From Pelomyxa schiedti (taxonomy: Eukaryota; Protista; Evosea): a stretch of 64,000 bases of DNA. Under the pieces are notes generated by a model, which was not told the DNA's origin, did no database searches, and saw only the letters and a program-made list of their open reading frames with translations. The position numbers and the translations under genes were made by a program. Position 1 is the stretch's first letter. Each line of letters starts with the position of its first letter. Positions 23,401-36,548 of this stretch are shown piece by piece. The stretch spans positions 124,001 to 188,000 of the forward strand of contig JAHLWZ010000004.1 of the NCBI GenBank assembly GCA_020536535.1, read 5' to 3'.

Positions 23401-24925
23401 TAGTGGTTGTGTTGGTGTTGCAAGTGGAAGATGAGCTGCTGTATTGGTTTGGCCCACTAAATTATTTAAGGAACCACCGGCAGCTGCAACAGCGGCAGCG
23501 GCAGCGGCGGCCAATGTAGGGAGTTGCGCTGTGCGTGGACGAGAAGTTGGAAGAAGCGGAGATGATGGCGATGGCAATTGGGGAGAAGGTACTTGCTGAG
23601 GAGATGAAACTTTCACAGCTGGTCCAAGATCTAAAAGAGGGGCCTCAGCTGATTTTGTTGGTCTATTGCAAAGTCAAAAGTCTTTTAGAAAGATATGGTA
23701 CTTGTCAAGGTCTGGAGTCCCAGGTTGGGAACCATCGTCAGAGAGATCAGAATAATCTAGTTTACACTCCAAGTGAATTGAAAAGTGATAGTGAGATAGG
23801 AACCATCAGATAGCGACTGTAAACCAAGAGGGTCATAGACAGCTTCATCTTCCACATAACCAGGCTCTTGGTTACAGTCAATATAAGAGTCAATGCTTTC
23901 TCTTATATCCCCTATCTTTTTTTTTGGTTGTTGTTGTTGTTTTACAATTCTTGGAAACGGTAATTAAATTTTTGCGTTGAAACCTGGTCAGTGCTGAGTT
24001 GTTCGTTGTCAAAAAATCGAAGGATTCTCTCTAATTTGTCAACGTGAAAACCATGCCTCTCTAACCAGTGTTGCAGGTGTTCTGTTCTCCCAGGTTCCTT
24101 CTTCTTTCCTTTTACTTGAGGAGCGCCTGCGCTTTCCAATTCGGCCTAAATAAAGTTAGAATTGTCCCAGAGAGAAAGATCACCTCAAAGGAGTCAATTT
24201 GAGTCTTAAGGTCATAAATGCACTTGACTGTAAATAAAAATTCAGAAGCGAGACGAGAGGAAAAACAAAAACCTATCCAAGAACGTAGTTCGTCCTTTGT
24301 TCTATCTTCTTCCGTTGTCTCCTGTGACCGTGAAAGTGCTTCCTTACTGTATGGTTTTGTTTTTGTTTCCTTTTCATACATCTTGAATTGTTCCATTCTC
24401 TGAATTTGTGTGTTAACCGCACTGCAAATTTGAAAAAGAGTGTGGCGCACAGCTTCGATAATCTTGCGTGAGTCAACCAGAGGGTTTTTGTTTTTTATGT
24501 CATTGCTAGCCACCCAAGACTTTATCTGCTCTCTGTACCGTTGAAGCTTCTTTATTACTCTCTTGAGTTCATTTTCGAATTTCTCCTTCTGGCTTGCATT
24601 TGTAGCCTCATGAACCTTCTGAAACATGGCATCGAAGTCAGCCACACCCTCTGAGACCTTCTTCAACAGTCTGTCGATTTCAGCTGTTGGTGTACAGGCG
24701 ACAAAATGCAAACCCAATGGAAAAACAAAAAAAAAGAGAAGTGAGTTCTAGAGACTACAAGAGATATCACCACAACAAAAAAAAAAGTGCAGGCTGAGGG
24801 AAAGGCGGTTTCGACAGAAAAGAACGAAAAATCACGTGGGCGTGGTAATTTTCCGTGGCATGTTTATTGTCGTCAAATGTGCGTGGTTTTTTTGAAGTGA
24901 AACCTTGTAGCTTCCGAGTCGCCAT
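20468..24925 (-). CDS. CNOT3: CCR4-NOT complex subunit NOT3/5 with long Q/S/P/T-rich linker
   Basis: MATRKLQ|[14 protein letters not shown]...[27 protein letters not shown]...[22 protein letters not shown]-terminal NOT box [55 protein letters not shown]. Confidence 0.96.
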
Positions 24926-24981
24926 CCGATCTGACAAGCGTAAAACAAAATTTAAAGAATACTTCCGCGATCTATCATTAG

Positions 24982-25911
<930 letters not shown>

Positions 25912-26091
25912 GTATCACAATCCCCCCACTGTCCCGTATCTTGTTTTTGACAATAAGTGTAAATACCCCAATACCCCACTTTGTTGTTTCTGGAAAGTGT
26001 TCTCTTCTAAGGCGCCACGTGGAATTCTTTCCGTGTTGATGACCCGTGTCTTCGAATTTTTTTAAGTTTTCGAAATTAAATTCAATCAGTA

Positions 26092-27340
26092 ATGTCGATG
26101 CTGGGTTCTGCACGAAGCATTCGTGTTGTAGTCACGGACGTTGATGGTATTTATTGTCCTTATCACCTCGTAAAACAGAAAAAAAACCACACACCCACAC
26201 AAAAAGAAACAAACCCTGCCCCCGCCCCAAGGTACCCTTGTGCCTCACCAAAAAAAACAGCCGCGACCAGCCGTCGCCGCGGCGGTTGCGCGTCTCACAG
26301 CCTCGGGCGTGTGCGTGATCCTAGCCAGCGGCCGCTCGCCCACGGCCCTGCACGCCCTGCACACCGCCCTCGGCCTGCCCCTCGCGACCCCCGTCATTTG
26401 CTTCAACGGCGCCGCCATTGCCACGTTCACCAGGCCTTACTTGGACCCGACTCCGTGTGACATTGGAGGAGGAGGCGGAGGAACAGGAACAGGAACAGGA
26501 AGAGGATCGCCGGGTGCGACGACGCCGGCTGCTGCGAATTGTGGGAGCGATTCCTCGTGGTGCAATGTGAATGTGCACGCGGGGATGGAGAAGCTGCAGG
26601 CACTTCTCGTTGTGAGTGCACTCGAGGAATGCGGGGTAAAGGACTGGGTCGTTTTCTGCAAGGACTGCATTGCCAGTCCGATGTCAACTGCGCAGGATAA
26701 GCTGGACTCTCTGTGGAAGGGCTACAACGAGCCTGTGCCGGTGAGGGTGAAGAACCTTCTCACTCCACCTCCACGCCTTGGAAAGCGTCCTGTCGTAGAA
26801 GAGGAAATTGTGTGCCCCCCATGCCCTGTGAAAGTTCTGGCCTTCATTAGACCCGAAACGGATTTAGACGAAACATTGAGGTTAGGTTCCAAGCCGTCTC
26901 TATCCACAATACCAACAAAAACAAAAAACAAACCAAAACCAAAACCAACAAACAGGACAGCAACAGAACCACAGGTGGCTCAAATGCGAACCGGAGTTGA
27001 GTTCTTGGAGTGGCTTGACCCACAAGCCCACAAAGGCACCGGAATGAAACTTCTCCTCAACAAAATGTTCCCCAAACTCCCCACAACAAGTCCAACATCA
27101 GCAGCAGCACAAACAGCTGCCAACTGCACATATGACCGGGAGGCAGTCCTGGCCATTGGAGACGGCGAGAACGACATATGCATGTTTGGTGTTGCAGGCC
27201 TAAGTGTGGCCATGGGCAACGCACCCCCGTATGTAAAAAAGCTGGCAACTGCAACTACGTCCTCATGTGACGAAGACGGCTTCGCGAAAGCAATGCAGGA
27301 CCATGTTTTCGGAGGCTCCTCAGGAGCTTCTTCCTTTTGA
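26092..27340 (+). CDS. Cof-like HAD-superfamily (IIB) phosphatase
   Basis: Motif I VVTDVDG|TL, motif II ILASGRS, FNGA, FLEW...AHKGTGM, motif IV AIGDGENDICMFGVAGLSVAMGNA. Confidence 0.93.
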
Positions 27341-27554
27341 TTTTGTTCCCAGTGAGGGAGTCCACCGCTCTCTTGGAGTTCAAAGAAAAACTCCACAGAG
27401 AAACAAAATTTTGTGGTGGCACCGTACTCAGCTGCCAAAAAAAGAACCAATTAGGGCCCTTTTAAGAGAAAATTGGGCAAACTATTATTAATACGAAAAA
27501 AAAGAAACTACAACCGCCGAGCTACATTACAGCAGCGACACTAACATCACAAGC

Positions 27555-27987
27555 ATGAACTGCGAAATCGCGTACAGGTGAGACAATTTGTTTATATTAT
27601 TAAGTCGTTGTTTGTTTTACTGACTTACGGTTTCTTTTTCAGCCCTTTCTGAGGGGGAGTGAATCAATTCAAAGCTGCTGAAAACGCCATCAAGGCTGCC
27701 TTCCCTACCCTACAAATTGTAGGAAATACGGCTGGCAACTCTGCATGCGGGGGGGACTTCGGGGTAGGCTGCTCTTTTCTTTCTTATTCTCTCGTAACTT
27801 TATGATACGTATCAAGATTAATGCTCATGCACCGATTTTAATTAACTTGTAGGTTATCTTGCATAAACCTGGTTCCGCTGATGTAACTATCTGGACTGGA
27901 CCTCAGTCTGATCTCTCTAACTACAGCGGAAAGAAGGAGGCCACTTGCGCCCAGATTGTATCCGGTCTCAGGTCTCACATGTCCTAG
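27555..27987 (+). CDS. Small Rdx/SelW-like selenoprotein (92 aa, Sec at in-frame UGA 27650-27652)
   Basis: Exons 27555-27577, 27643-27763 and 27853-27987 with canonical GT-AG introns (branch TACTGAC at 27618). Product MNCEIAYSPF(U)GGVNQFKAAENAIKAAFPTLQIVGNTAGNSACGGDFGVILHKPGSADVTIWTGPQSDLSNYSGKKEATCAQIVSGLRSHMS*. Size and the pattern beta-strand/xxU/helix/FP/GxFxV fit the Rdx family. SECIS downstream. Confidence 0.85.
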
Positions 27988-28128
27988 AGAGGGACCCTCC
28001 TTCCTCCTCCATTTACAACAAAAGAACTACATGGCATTCAACCAAGAACCCCACCAGAGGGTGATCGCATGAATTCCGAATATCTCCACGACCACTGTGA
28101 CCTACATCCACTCGACGCCAAAGAGCTA

Positions 28129-28193
28129 GTAACCGCGATGAAGCGCACTCCGCATAAAACACCCACGTGGCGGCGGGTGTGCTGACAAGTTGC
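28129..28193 (+). promoter_or_regulatory. Eukaryotic type II SECIS element in the selenoprotein 3' UTR
   Basis: Helix I GUAAC(28129-33)/GUUGC(28189-93). Core AUGAA(28138-42)...UGAC(28183-86). 11-bp helix II GCGCACUCCGC/GCGG-cg-GGUGUGC. Apical AUAAAA, then mini-stem CAC/GUG with loop CCAC. Confidence 0.85.
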
Positions 28194-28252
28194 GCCAGGA
28201 CATCGTCAGTCATTGATGATGGAGGCTGCACGCATTCTCCTTGGGTTTGATT

Positions 28253-30252
28253 CTACGTGCCATTTCTCAGCAGCTTTGGCACGTGCTGAAACGCCCCGGG
28301 ACGTGTGGCTCTACTTGGCCCGATGAACAACTCGATACAGCGTTGATGGATGTGATTGTGGTGGTTGTTGGGACCTAGGACTGTTTATACTCGCCCTCAA
28401 AGTAAAACAAAATTGAATGCCCTTCTTTTTTTACCTGCTTTTCTTGTTGTGCCACCTTACAGTAAAACAAGGGGCAATTTTTGGTTTGCTAGAGCCTTCA
28501 CATTTGGGTTTGAGTGGAATGTTTATTTGTTTTTGACTGAAATACACTTGTTGTTTGGATTGTGTGAATTGTTTAGCTGTCGCCGTCATCAGATGGTAGC
28601 CCCCCACCCCATAAGTCCTTACTGGAGCTGCAACTGTCCTTGGATATGGCACCTGTTCCGTCTGCGTCGGTAGTCCCGTCGGCCGTGCCATCAGCAGCAC
28701 CCCCGTTGGCTGTTGTGGAAGAGCCAAATCCACCCCCAGAGCCAAACCCACTGCCGGTGTCCACATCGGATGTGTACCTGTCGCAGCGCTGCCGCCATCT
28801 TCGCAGTTTTCTCTGGGCCATGGCAAGTGAGGGTAATGAAGTGGAGGGGTCACCATGTTTGGTTATCCATGGGTGCATCAGACTGTCAGCAGCAGTAAGT
28901 CTCTTGCGAGGTTTCAGTACGAGAAGCTGTGAGATGAAATTTTTTGCTGTGTTTGACGTGTTGGGAAGGCAGTATGAGAGAGGGAGTAACCATCATCCGA
29001 AATTTGGCTCCATTCTGGCTCAGGGAAGTCATATGAGAGTGTAGAAATACGATGAAACAATTCCTTGTGGTTATTACCATAGAATGGGGTAAAACCGCAT
29101 AACCTAATTTGATTATCACAAAAAAAAGGATGCAAGGGGTACTTACAGAGTGTACGTTATGACACCAATTGCCCACATATCAACGGCAGATGTGTACGGC
29201 TTACATCTGAGAATTTCAGGAGCTTTATCGATAAAGCATTAAGTGTAAATACTCGGAGATGAAAAACGCACCAACGTAATCGGGAGTTCCACAAACGGTA
29301 AGCATTTTTTGTCCCTGGTCTATAATCTTAGACAGACCTGAAAATGGAGTCACTAATAACAAAAGGGTAATAGAACAAGAACCAAAGTCAGCTATTCTTA
29401 TATAGAGTTCTTCATGCTCGGAGCACAAAAGATTCTCGGGCTTTAATCATTTTAGAGGTGCTCGTTAGGAAAGTGAAGCATGATGCACCTTTAAGTCGCG
29501 ATGACAGACGTTATTTTGGTGCATGTAATTCACGGCACGCAATATTTGGGTTACAATGATTGAAGCATCCGCTTCACAGTAATATCCTCGAGCTACAATT
29601 TTATCAAAGAGTTCCCCTCCTCGCACTCTGTGATACCGTTACAAAATAAACATGTCTACAAAGTTGTGATTCCATACAGCTCAACAACGAGATCAACGTG
29701 AGTAGGGGTTTCAAAACAATCCAAAAGTTGCACTATGTTTTCGTGTCGTAGCTTCCGCATTACCTCCACTTCTACATACAGCTTTTTAAGAACCTCTGGT
29801 TTGATGAGGCTCTTATCTATTCGTTTGACAGCCACGGATTGTTTGTTTTTGAGATTAACCGCTTCATACACGATGGAAGAAGCACCTCTGCGGTGAATGT
29901 AAACGAATGAGAAACTAATTTTCACATGCCTGCCGAGTTCTTTTCCAAGGATATACTCGGCCTCGAGTCTTCTACTCGCCGCATCAACTTTCTTTGTCTT
30001 CGCTGGTTTCGCTGCCTTTCTGCTGTGAGAGGAAGATGGTGACGAAGGGGCAGAAGAAGGAGCCGCCGCAGCTGTGGTGCTAGTTGCAGCCGTGCCAGTG
30101 GCAGCCGACGCAGAAGACGTCGTTGAAGCTGCGGCAGTCCCGTTAACGGGGGTGATGGTGCCGGTAGCAGAAGTAGCGGAAGTAGCTGTCGCGGTAGGAG
30201 TGGGCTCCTCGGCCTCCGGTTTCTTCTTCTTCTTGAAGAACGGGAAAGACAT
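28253..30252 (-). CDS. CaMK-group Ser/Thr protein kinase (CaMKI/MLCK-A-like) with T/A/S-rich N-terminus
   Basis: YILGKELGR|[30 protein letters not shown]|PENLL, IADFG|[12 protein letters not shown]|[34 protein letters not shown]. The last exon is uncertain: stop at 28573 without the final intron, 28253 with it. Confidence 0.93.
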
Positions 30253-30598
30253 ACAGTCGCGTGTACAAGGATGTCGCGGTTTGTTTTCTGTATCGTATAT
30301 ATGAACAAAAGGAGATCTGCCCAGATGCGCCCCGGCTACGGTCACGCAATTTTGAGCGTCTGTTGCTGCAAGACTTTTTTCTTTTCTTTTCTTCTGAAAC
30401 AACGAAACACAGATTTAGTTTCTTTTCGTTAGACCGTTTTGGCGATGAGTAATTCCCCGGCTCTGGTTAGAGTGTAACACCAAAAAGCATCACTTCGTTA
30501 GAGTGGTCGTTTTTTTTTTTTTACAGAGTAAAGGGTTTTTTATGGGAGCAACCCAACCTCACAAAAGATACAAAGATTGTGTCCTGAGATCTTCAGGT

Positions 30599-31706
30599 TC
30601 ATTCTTTGTTGGCTGCTTGGGTGTCACCTTTATTGCCATCTTTGGGTGGCTCGTACTGTTCGTCACTGAAGTTATGCCCACCAAGTGACACAATTACTAT
30701 GTACCCACGTTAGAAGAATTCGAGATAGAAGAAGAAAGGTCCTGGAACCTTTGTCTGGGTTGCTGTCATCTTCCAGAACACTTTTGGTCTTCTTCTTTGC
30801 CCTCAGGGCCCTTGCCACCTCCAGGGACCTCTCTGGTGGCCCCACGCGCCACACTTCCACCGAATCCACATCAAATACCTCTGAGCTGGCCAGGACAGTG
30901 TTATTGTAAGTGATGGTGCTGTGTGAGTGGCCTTTCTCGAAACTGCTGTCTATGGCCCAGGCGTGATAGCCCATCTGTCCACCCATCCCAACCCCGTGAT
31001 ACATGTTCTCACCGTCAATTGTGTGCATAAGCCACTGGAAGTTGGTATTGTGACCAGTGGAAGGGAAAATTTCACATGCCTCGGCTGACATCGAAAAAAC
31101 AAAGCTGCTGCTGTTTCCGTAGAATTTCTGCACTTATTACCATTAAAGGGGGAGAAAGGTTGTGCAACTGCATATATAAGTTTGATGTGATGGAAAGCAA
31201 AAGGGAACAAGTAGTCTGGCCACAGACACAACAAGAAACGCCTTAGGCACTTCCAGTTAAAAAAAAAAAAAACAAACAGCAACAGAACGACTGAAACAAG
31301 CCAAGCGCACCGGATGTTTGTCCTTCCACGTATCAGCAAACCCACCGAAAACCCGCCCCCCAGTGTCCCTCACCAGGACCAAATTCGGTCCCTCCGCCAC
31401 CATCCCATTGAGCATCCTCTCGAAGCTGGCGCCGTGCAACCACGTCGAGTACAACAACACCCACCCCCTGTCCCCGCCCCCAGCCCCATCGCCCGTGTCG
31501 TGGCCCGCCGTCGCCGCCCCTGCGTCGCACCCGAGTGCCGGGACTGCTTGGCTCAGCTTGACCAGCAGGGCCTTGCTGGACTCGAGCAGAACCTGGCTGG
31601 GTCTCTTGTCTCCCGGAAACACAAGCGACGCCGAGGCAGCGGCCCTCGTGGGCTTCCCGGCCGCGATCGGCGGTGTTGTGGGCGTACTGCTGTGGCTTGT
31701 TCCCAT
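30599..31706 (-). CDS. TLDc-domain protein (MEAK7/TLDC1-like), probable N-myristoylation
   Basis: MGTSHS N-terminus; WVLLYSTWLHGASFERML...GPNLVLVRDTGGRVFGGF, FYGNSSSFVF, STGHNTNFQWL, GVGMGGQ, FDVDSVEVWRVG, KSVLE. Confidence 0.88.
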
Positions 31707-31796
31707 TGATAAATGGGCCTTCAGACGTATATCATTTTCTTTTTTTTGGATATGAATAACAAATTTCTTTTTTTAAAAAAAATGAAGTTTAAGGTG

Positions 31797-34430
31797 TTAG
31801 TCTGTGAAGCTCACTGACACAATGTTGACGTTTGTGGAGCCAGCCTTGTACTCAGAGCTAGACAGAAGACCGGCGTTGTTGTCTACGTCACATAGAGGGC
31901 CACCCCAGCCTGAAGCGCAGACACACTTGCAGTTAGCGCCATCCAGTGTGCCGTGTGAGCCACAGGACGTTGGGTATGTGCACGAGCACGGGCTTGTGGA
32001 GGCCGGCGTGGTGACAGTGACGAGCTGGGGTATTGGGGACGTTTGGCCGGTGCTGTGGACTCCGCTGATGAAGAACTGGTAGGCAGTATTGAAGAAAAGA
32101 CCAGAGAAAGTAGTGGACGTGGTGGAAGCTGGAAGAGACTTGGTGGTTGAAACCGGCAGGGAAGTAATGGTTATCGCTGACCAGGTGCCACAAGTAAGTG
32201 TAGGGAGACTGAGAGTCAAAGTGACCGAGTTGCAAGCCACGGCGGCAGTGGTACCGGTGATTAAAGGCAGGGTATAGTCATGGGTCTTGTACATAAAGGT
32301 AGTAAGAGAAGGTGACTCCAGAGCAGGGTTGGCGGCAAGCCTCATCTCGAAGTTGAGGTACCGGCCAGTGAAATTGAGTAAATTGGTGTTAGTCTTGCCA
32401 GAGGTGACAGTAACAGAAGGAACGGGGGCTGTTGCTGACTCGCTCCATGCAGCTAGGGCGGACATCTCACCTCCTTTGGGCACCTTACCGTCCCACCAGA
32501 AATAGGTCCACTGAGTGCAAGCCAGTTTAGAGTCAATGGTGAATTGCCACAAGCCCCAAGGTTTCATACTATTCAAACTAATGAAACCCGTCATGTCTGA
32601 CTGGGATGAGAATACGGAGAAATAAATAGGGACATACCAGAATAAGTGTAGGGACCGGACCCAGAAGTGAGGGTAACGTAAGTAAATTTGGGGTTGCTGG
32701 GAGGGTAGGAGGGATCGACTCGGGACACTACACCATTGCTCTGGCATGGAGTCCAAAGGAACCCCTGATCATCAATGCTCACGCCAATTGGGGTGACGCA
32801 GTAACCAGCATTCTTCACATAGAGGTAATAGAAAATCCAGGTTTTCGATGTCGCGTTGAAGCGAGCCATTTCATTACTGGTGTCCATGCCCATCCAAATC
32901 ATTTGGTTTTTATCACAGGCTAGACCACGGATGCGTGTATGCCCACTCGGTACAGCGGCAATAAGTAACTTGGCTGGGGCAGGTGAGATTTTCAAAGTGC
33001 AAAAGTGGTAACACACTTCCATTAGCGTGAATTCGGGTCAAAGTGGTATCCCATCCTCCCCAGAAAGTACCTTTCCTATCCAGTGTGACACCATAAACTG
33101 GCATAGAAATACATTGAATAGGGCTTGATGCTCCGGGTGTGTAGCTGTGATATACTTGAGATGAGAACATATTTGATCTAGCTTACATCATGAAAGTGCC
33201 GGGGTACTGTGCGGAACCAACAATACCAGTGGAAGATGTAACTGAAGAAGATTAGATAGTACTTGAGATGAGCAGTGCGTACCTCCACCATAGCCACCAC
33301 AAGAACTAGTGAACTGAGTGCCTGCAATGAACTTTCCTGTGGTAGAGTCGCACTTGGCAAATTGATGGTTGCTACCCCAGTAGTCCCACCACGAGCCGAT
33401 CCATACATTGTTATCGGGAGTAATACTGATGTGTCTGATTGAAAGGTCAACGACAAATATATAACTTGGAAAATTAACCGGAGCCCGTATCCGTAAGGCA
33501 TCCTCAGATAGTGCAGTATGCACTCGTCGGAAGCATATTTCGGGGTACCTTCAACGTTCTCCGCGCCCCCAGAAGGAATAGTCCAAGGCTTGTATAATTA
33601 AGTACGAGGTTAAAGCTGTTTCAGGGGAAAAACCAAAATATGACTGAAGTTTTTAGAGGTATCAATGACTCCGTTTTTGTTTCTATCTACGCACTGACCA
33701 GCCTCCAGCAGCCCAATGTGGGTGACAGTACCGCATACAGTTTGACTAGTTCGTGTATTAGTGTAACAGCCGTTATCGTCTCTGTTGCCTGTAGTTCGGT
33801 TGGGGGGGGGGAAAAAAAAAGTACCAAAAAAAGAGCAGGATTAACTCACCAACCCAAACGCTTCCGTGCAAATCCACAGTAGTACGAGACGGATTCGAGT
33901 TGCTGGCGCCGTTGTTTGTGGGCCATGTGTAGAACTTTTGTACGGTTGTGCTGGTCTTGGTGGAAATCTTGGCTACTTGACCAATGGCTGACATCGGAAC
34001 CCATACGGCGGGCCAAGGGGCTGGGTTGTCGACGACCTTCAACGGAGCGGGGCCTCCGGGCTCTCCTGCCGCCCCCAGGCCTACATTGTGGGAAGCGTTG
34101 CATCCAGGCAAGTCAGGAGACTTCCTAGTAGTGATTCTAATTGGAGGTGTCTGTGTGCTGCAGTCATCCTTACCAGCGACGCACTCGGGGCAGTACCTTG
34201 GTGCCACATGTTATATCTAATACATATCGAGAGCCAAAAAAAAAAAAAAAAAAAAAACCTTTGGATTTAAACACAAGCAAAAAGACATACCATTTTGCGA
34301 CAACGGTGGTCGCGCTGCATTTTACGTATGTGCTCGAGTCCGCGCAAATATAATAAGTTCCGCTGGTCTTGGTGCACTGCCCGGCAACCAACGCCAACAA
34401 AGCCGCAAGGAAAAATACAACAAACCGCAT
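31797..34430 (-). CDS. Secreted multidomain protein: Cys-rich N-module, bacterial-type Vgb/NHL-like beta-propeller, beta-sandwich, FN3-like and EGF-like domains
   Basis: Signal MRFVVFFLAALLALVAG. Propeller blades AVWVPMSAIGQVAKISTKT, NSNPSRTTVDLHGSVWVG, VYGVTLDRKGTFWGG, IRGLACDKNQMIWMG, PIGVSIDDQGFLWTP. PYTYS|DMTG (41-nt intron 32597-32637). LFFNTAYQFFISGV (FN3-like). CGSHGTLDGANCKCVCASGWGGPLC (EGF-like). Confidence 0.75.
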
Positions 34431-35479
34431 CTCCTTTGTTTCTGTTTTTTGGTTTTTTTTTTTTTGGCGTTGTGGTGGTTTTGGGTGGAAGATAGAAGCC
34501 TATTTTACCGTTCGCGAAACAGACATGAAGGAAAAACGAAACATCGACGTAACTACCAGTACCCACGCACAAAAGGGGAAGGTTACTCAATCACAGGCTG
34601 AACAATCTGGCAATTTCTACCTCGGGAATCTGTCCGGGACGTCTCTTCGCCAGCATGGATCAACCATAGATCACCCGAAGCCAAAAACTACGCTGATCCT
34701 ACACAAGAATGATGGTGATATGTCTTCAGGGAAGAGGCCGTGGTATTCCATTGTATGTGGTGCCACCTGCAAAGTCCAATTTTGAATCAAGTGACTAGCA
34801 CTACCACAGACCCTGGAGGTGAACTTCTTGTGGCCATCGTACTCGCTGATAGCTATCTAACTTATTGACAACCCTCCAAGGTCATCAAGCGTATTTCAAC
34901 CCAAAAGGGACCGTCAACACGTACTCGCAAATCCAGTTTATTTGAACTGTCCAAACTGACCCTTCCCTTTCAGGTTACGATGCACAAGAAGTGGAAGCTT
35001 CTGATTCACTCAATTAAAAGGAACAACACAGTATTTTAGGTATACACATTAGTTGGTGCTTCCACAGGAGTAAGTGGCCATATCTGGAGCCCAGGGGCGG
35101 TCATTTTACAATTTTTTCCTTCTAATCTCTTAATTATTTTCTTCCTTCTGGGGTCCGTGTGATACCACACCATGCCAGAACGTGGCTGTTGGTCGCCTCA
35201 ATACTTACGGAGCTCGTGGTACTCATGGAACTTGAAAAAAAATTTTTTTTTGCCTGGTCCGAAATGGACATCAGGCCAGGGCACAGAGGTGAGGGTAGAG
35301 GAGTGTGGAGGAGCACGGCAATGGCACAGAGCACAGATGTGAGATAGAGTGGGGTGTGCAAGGGCAAGAGGGTGGTGGGTGTGGAGGTGAGGTGGATGTC
35401 AGTCCTTCTGGCATCTGTGGAATTGTTGAGTGTGGTGAGGATAAAAGGGGAGAGGGGATGTAAATTGGTGACAGGCTCT

Positions 35480-36503
35480 CAGCTACAAAGCCGGCAAGGC
35501 ACCATCTATAATAATAATAGAGGTGAGAGACTGAAAAAGAAAAAAAGGAGACACATACCAGTGTCACTTGTGCCGGAAATGCCGAAAACGCTCGCACTGT
35601 GCAACACTGGGAGGGCTGTTCAAGGTTGAATGGTCAGGAAGAAAAAAAACCTGATATTGGAGGTGAGGCAAGATTGAGGGTGTAAATGAACCTGAGAAAG
35701 CGGAGCAAAGCCGCACGTATTCTCCTGGACCTGCCTGTCAGTCCGGGTTAAACATAATAATAATATAATATGAGTGGGGTGATGATGAATATGGAGAGGG
35801 GGATTTACCTTGGCGACGTTACACTGTAAGTGGAAAATCCACCACCTATTCTCAGGTGAAACGAGAAAAAGAAGAAAGAAGAAGCCACACACTAGTGGCC
35901 AAACTGCTGGAGATCAGAAGGCCGGCGATGCTTCCATGATACCCACAACACCACCTGGTTTTTGGGGTGAGAAATCGAAAAATAAAAACAGAGAAGACAA
36001 AACATACACACAGGTTCCGGCTTGAGGCATCCATTGAAGTGCGACAACCATGGACAGCCCTAGTGGGAGAGAGTAAGACTTAAAACACAAACGGAAACAC
36101 ACCACTGTGTCCATTGCATTGTATAACAATACAACTAAAAACAAAAGAATAAGTAAATAAAATAAAAAAAAAAACAAAATAAATAAATATAATTAAACTA
36201 AAATTAAAATACGGTATAAAATTAATTAAATGTATTTAATTTTATTTAAATAAAATAGATAGATAACCAAATAAATATACCGTTGGCAGAAGCCGCCCTG
36301 CACCACACAGGACAACGTAAGGTGGACATGCCGTGCAGCCGACTGGTATCTCGGCTGTGGGGTGGAGTTGTGCTGGTACGTCGGGGCTGTGGATGACGTA
36401 TGGGTCTCGGTCCACGAGGTGGTGTGCCGGCGGCACTACCGGGGTGCAGAGTGCTGGGCGTGGGCCGTGGGGAGTTTACTTGGCACCTTCCTCCAGACTC
36501 CAT
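35480..36503 (-). CDS. Hypothetical multi-exon gene or decayed gene of unknown function
   Basis: A chain of GT...AG intron-like segments, including a very AT-rich one at ~36140-36279, can be spliced into one open frame from the ATG at 36503 (MESGG...VVLLYNAMDTGCPWLSHFNGCLKPEPVW...). No recognisable family; the splice choices and 3' end are not unique. Confidence 0.3.
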
Positions 36504-36548
36504 CAAGGCTAAAGCAGGGGCGAGGAGTACAAACAAGACAGCCACCTG

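Noticed and set aside
27650-27652. Genome-wide UGA reassignment or a pseudogene explaining the in-frame TGA
   Set aside because: TGA terminates INTS8, GCIP, CNOT3, ARF, TLDc and PAN3 normally, and the intact splice sites plus a SECIS argue against a pseudogene.
28013-28231. 72-aa minus-strand ORF as a gene
   Set aside because: It starts at GTG, has no recognisable motif, and is the antisense of the SECIS-containing UTR, which explains its composition.
35540-35620. hAT transposase dimerisation motif (PSVAQCER..FS-like)
   Set aside because: The resemblance needs a frameshift and no other transposase motif is nearby.
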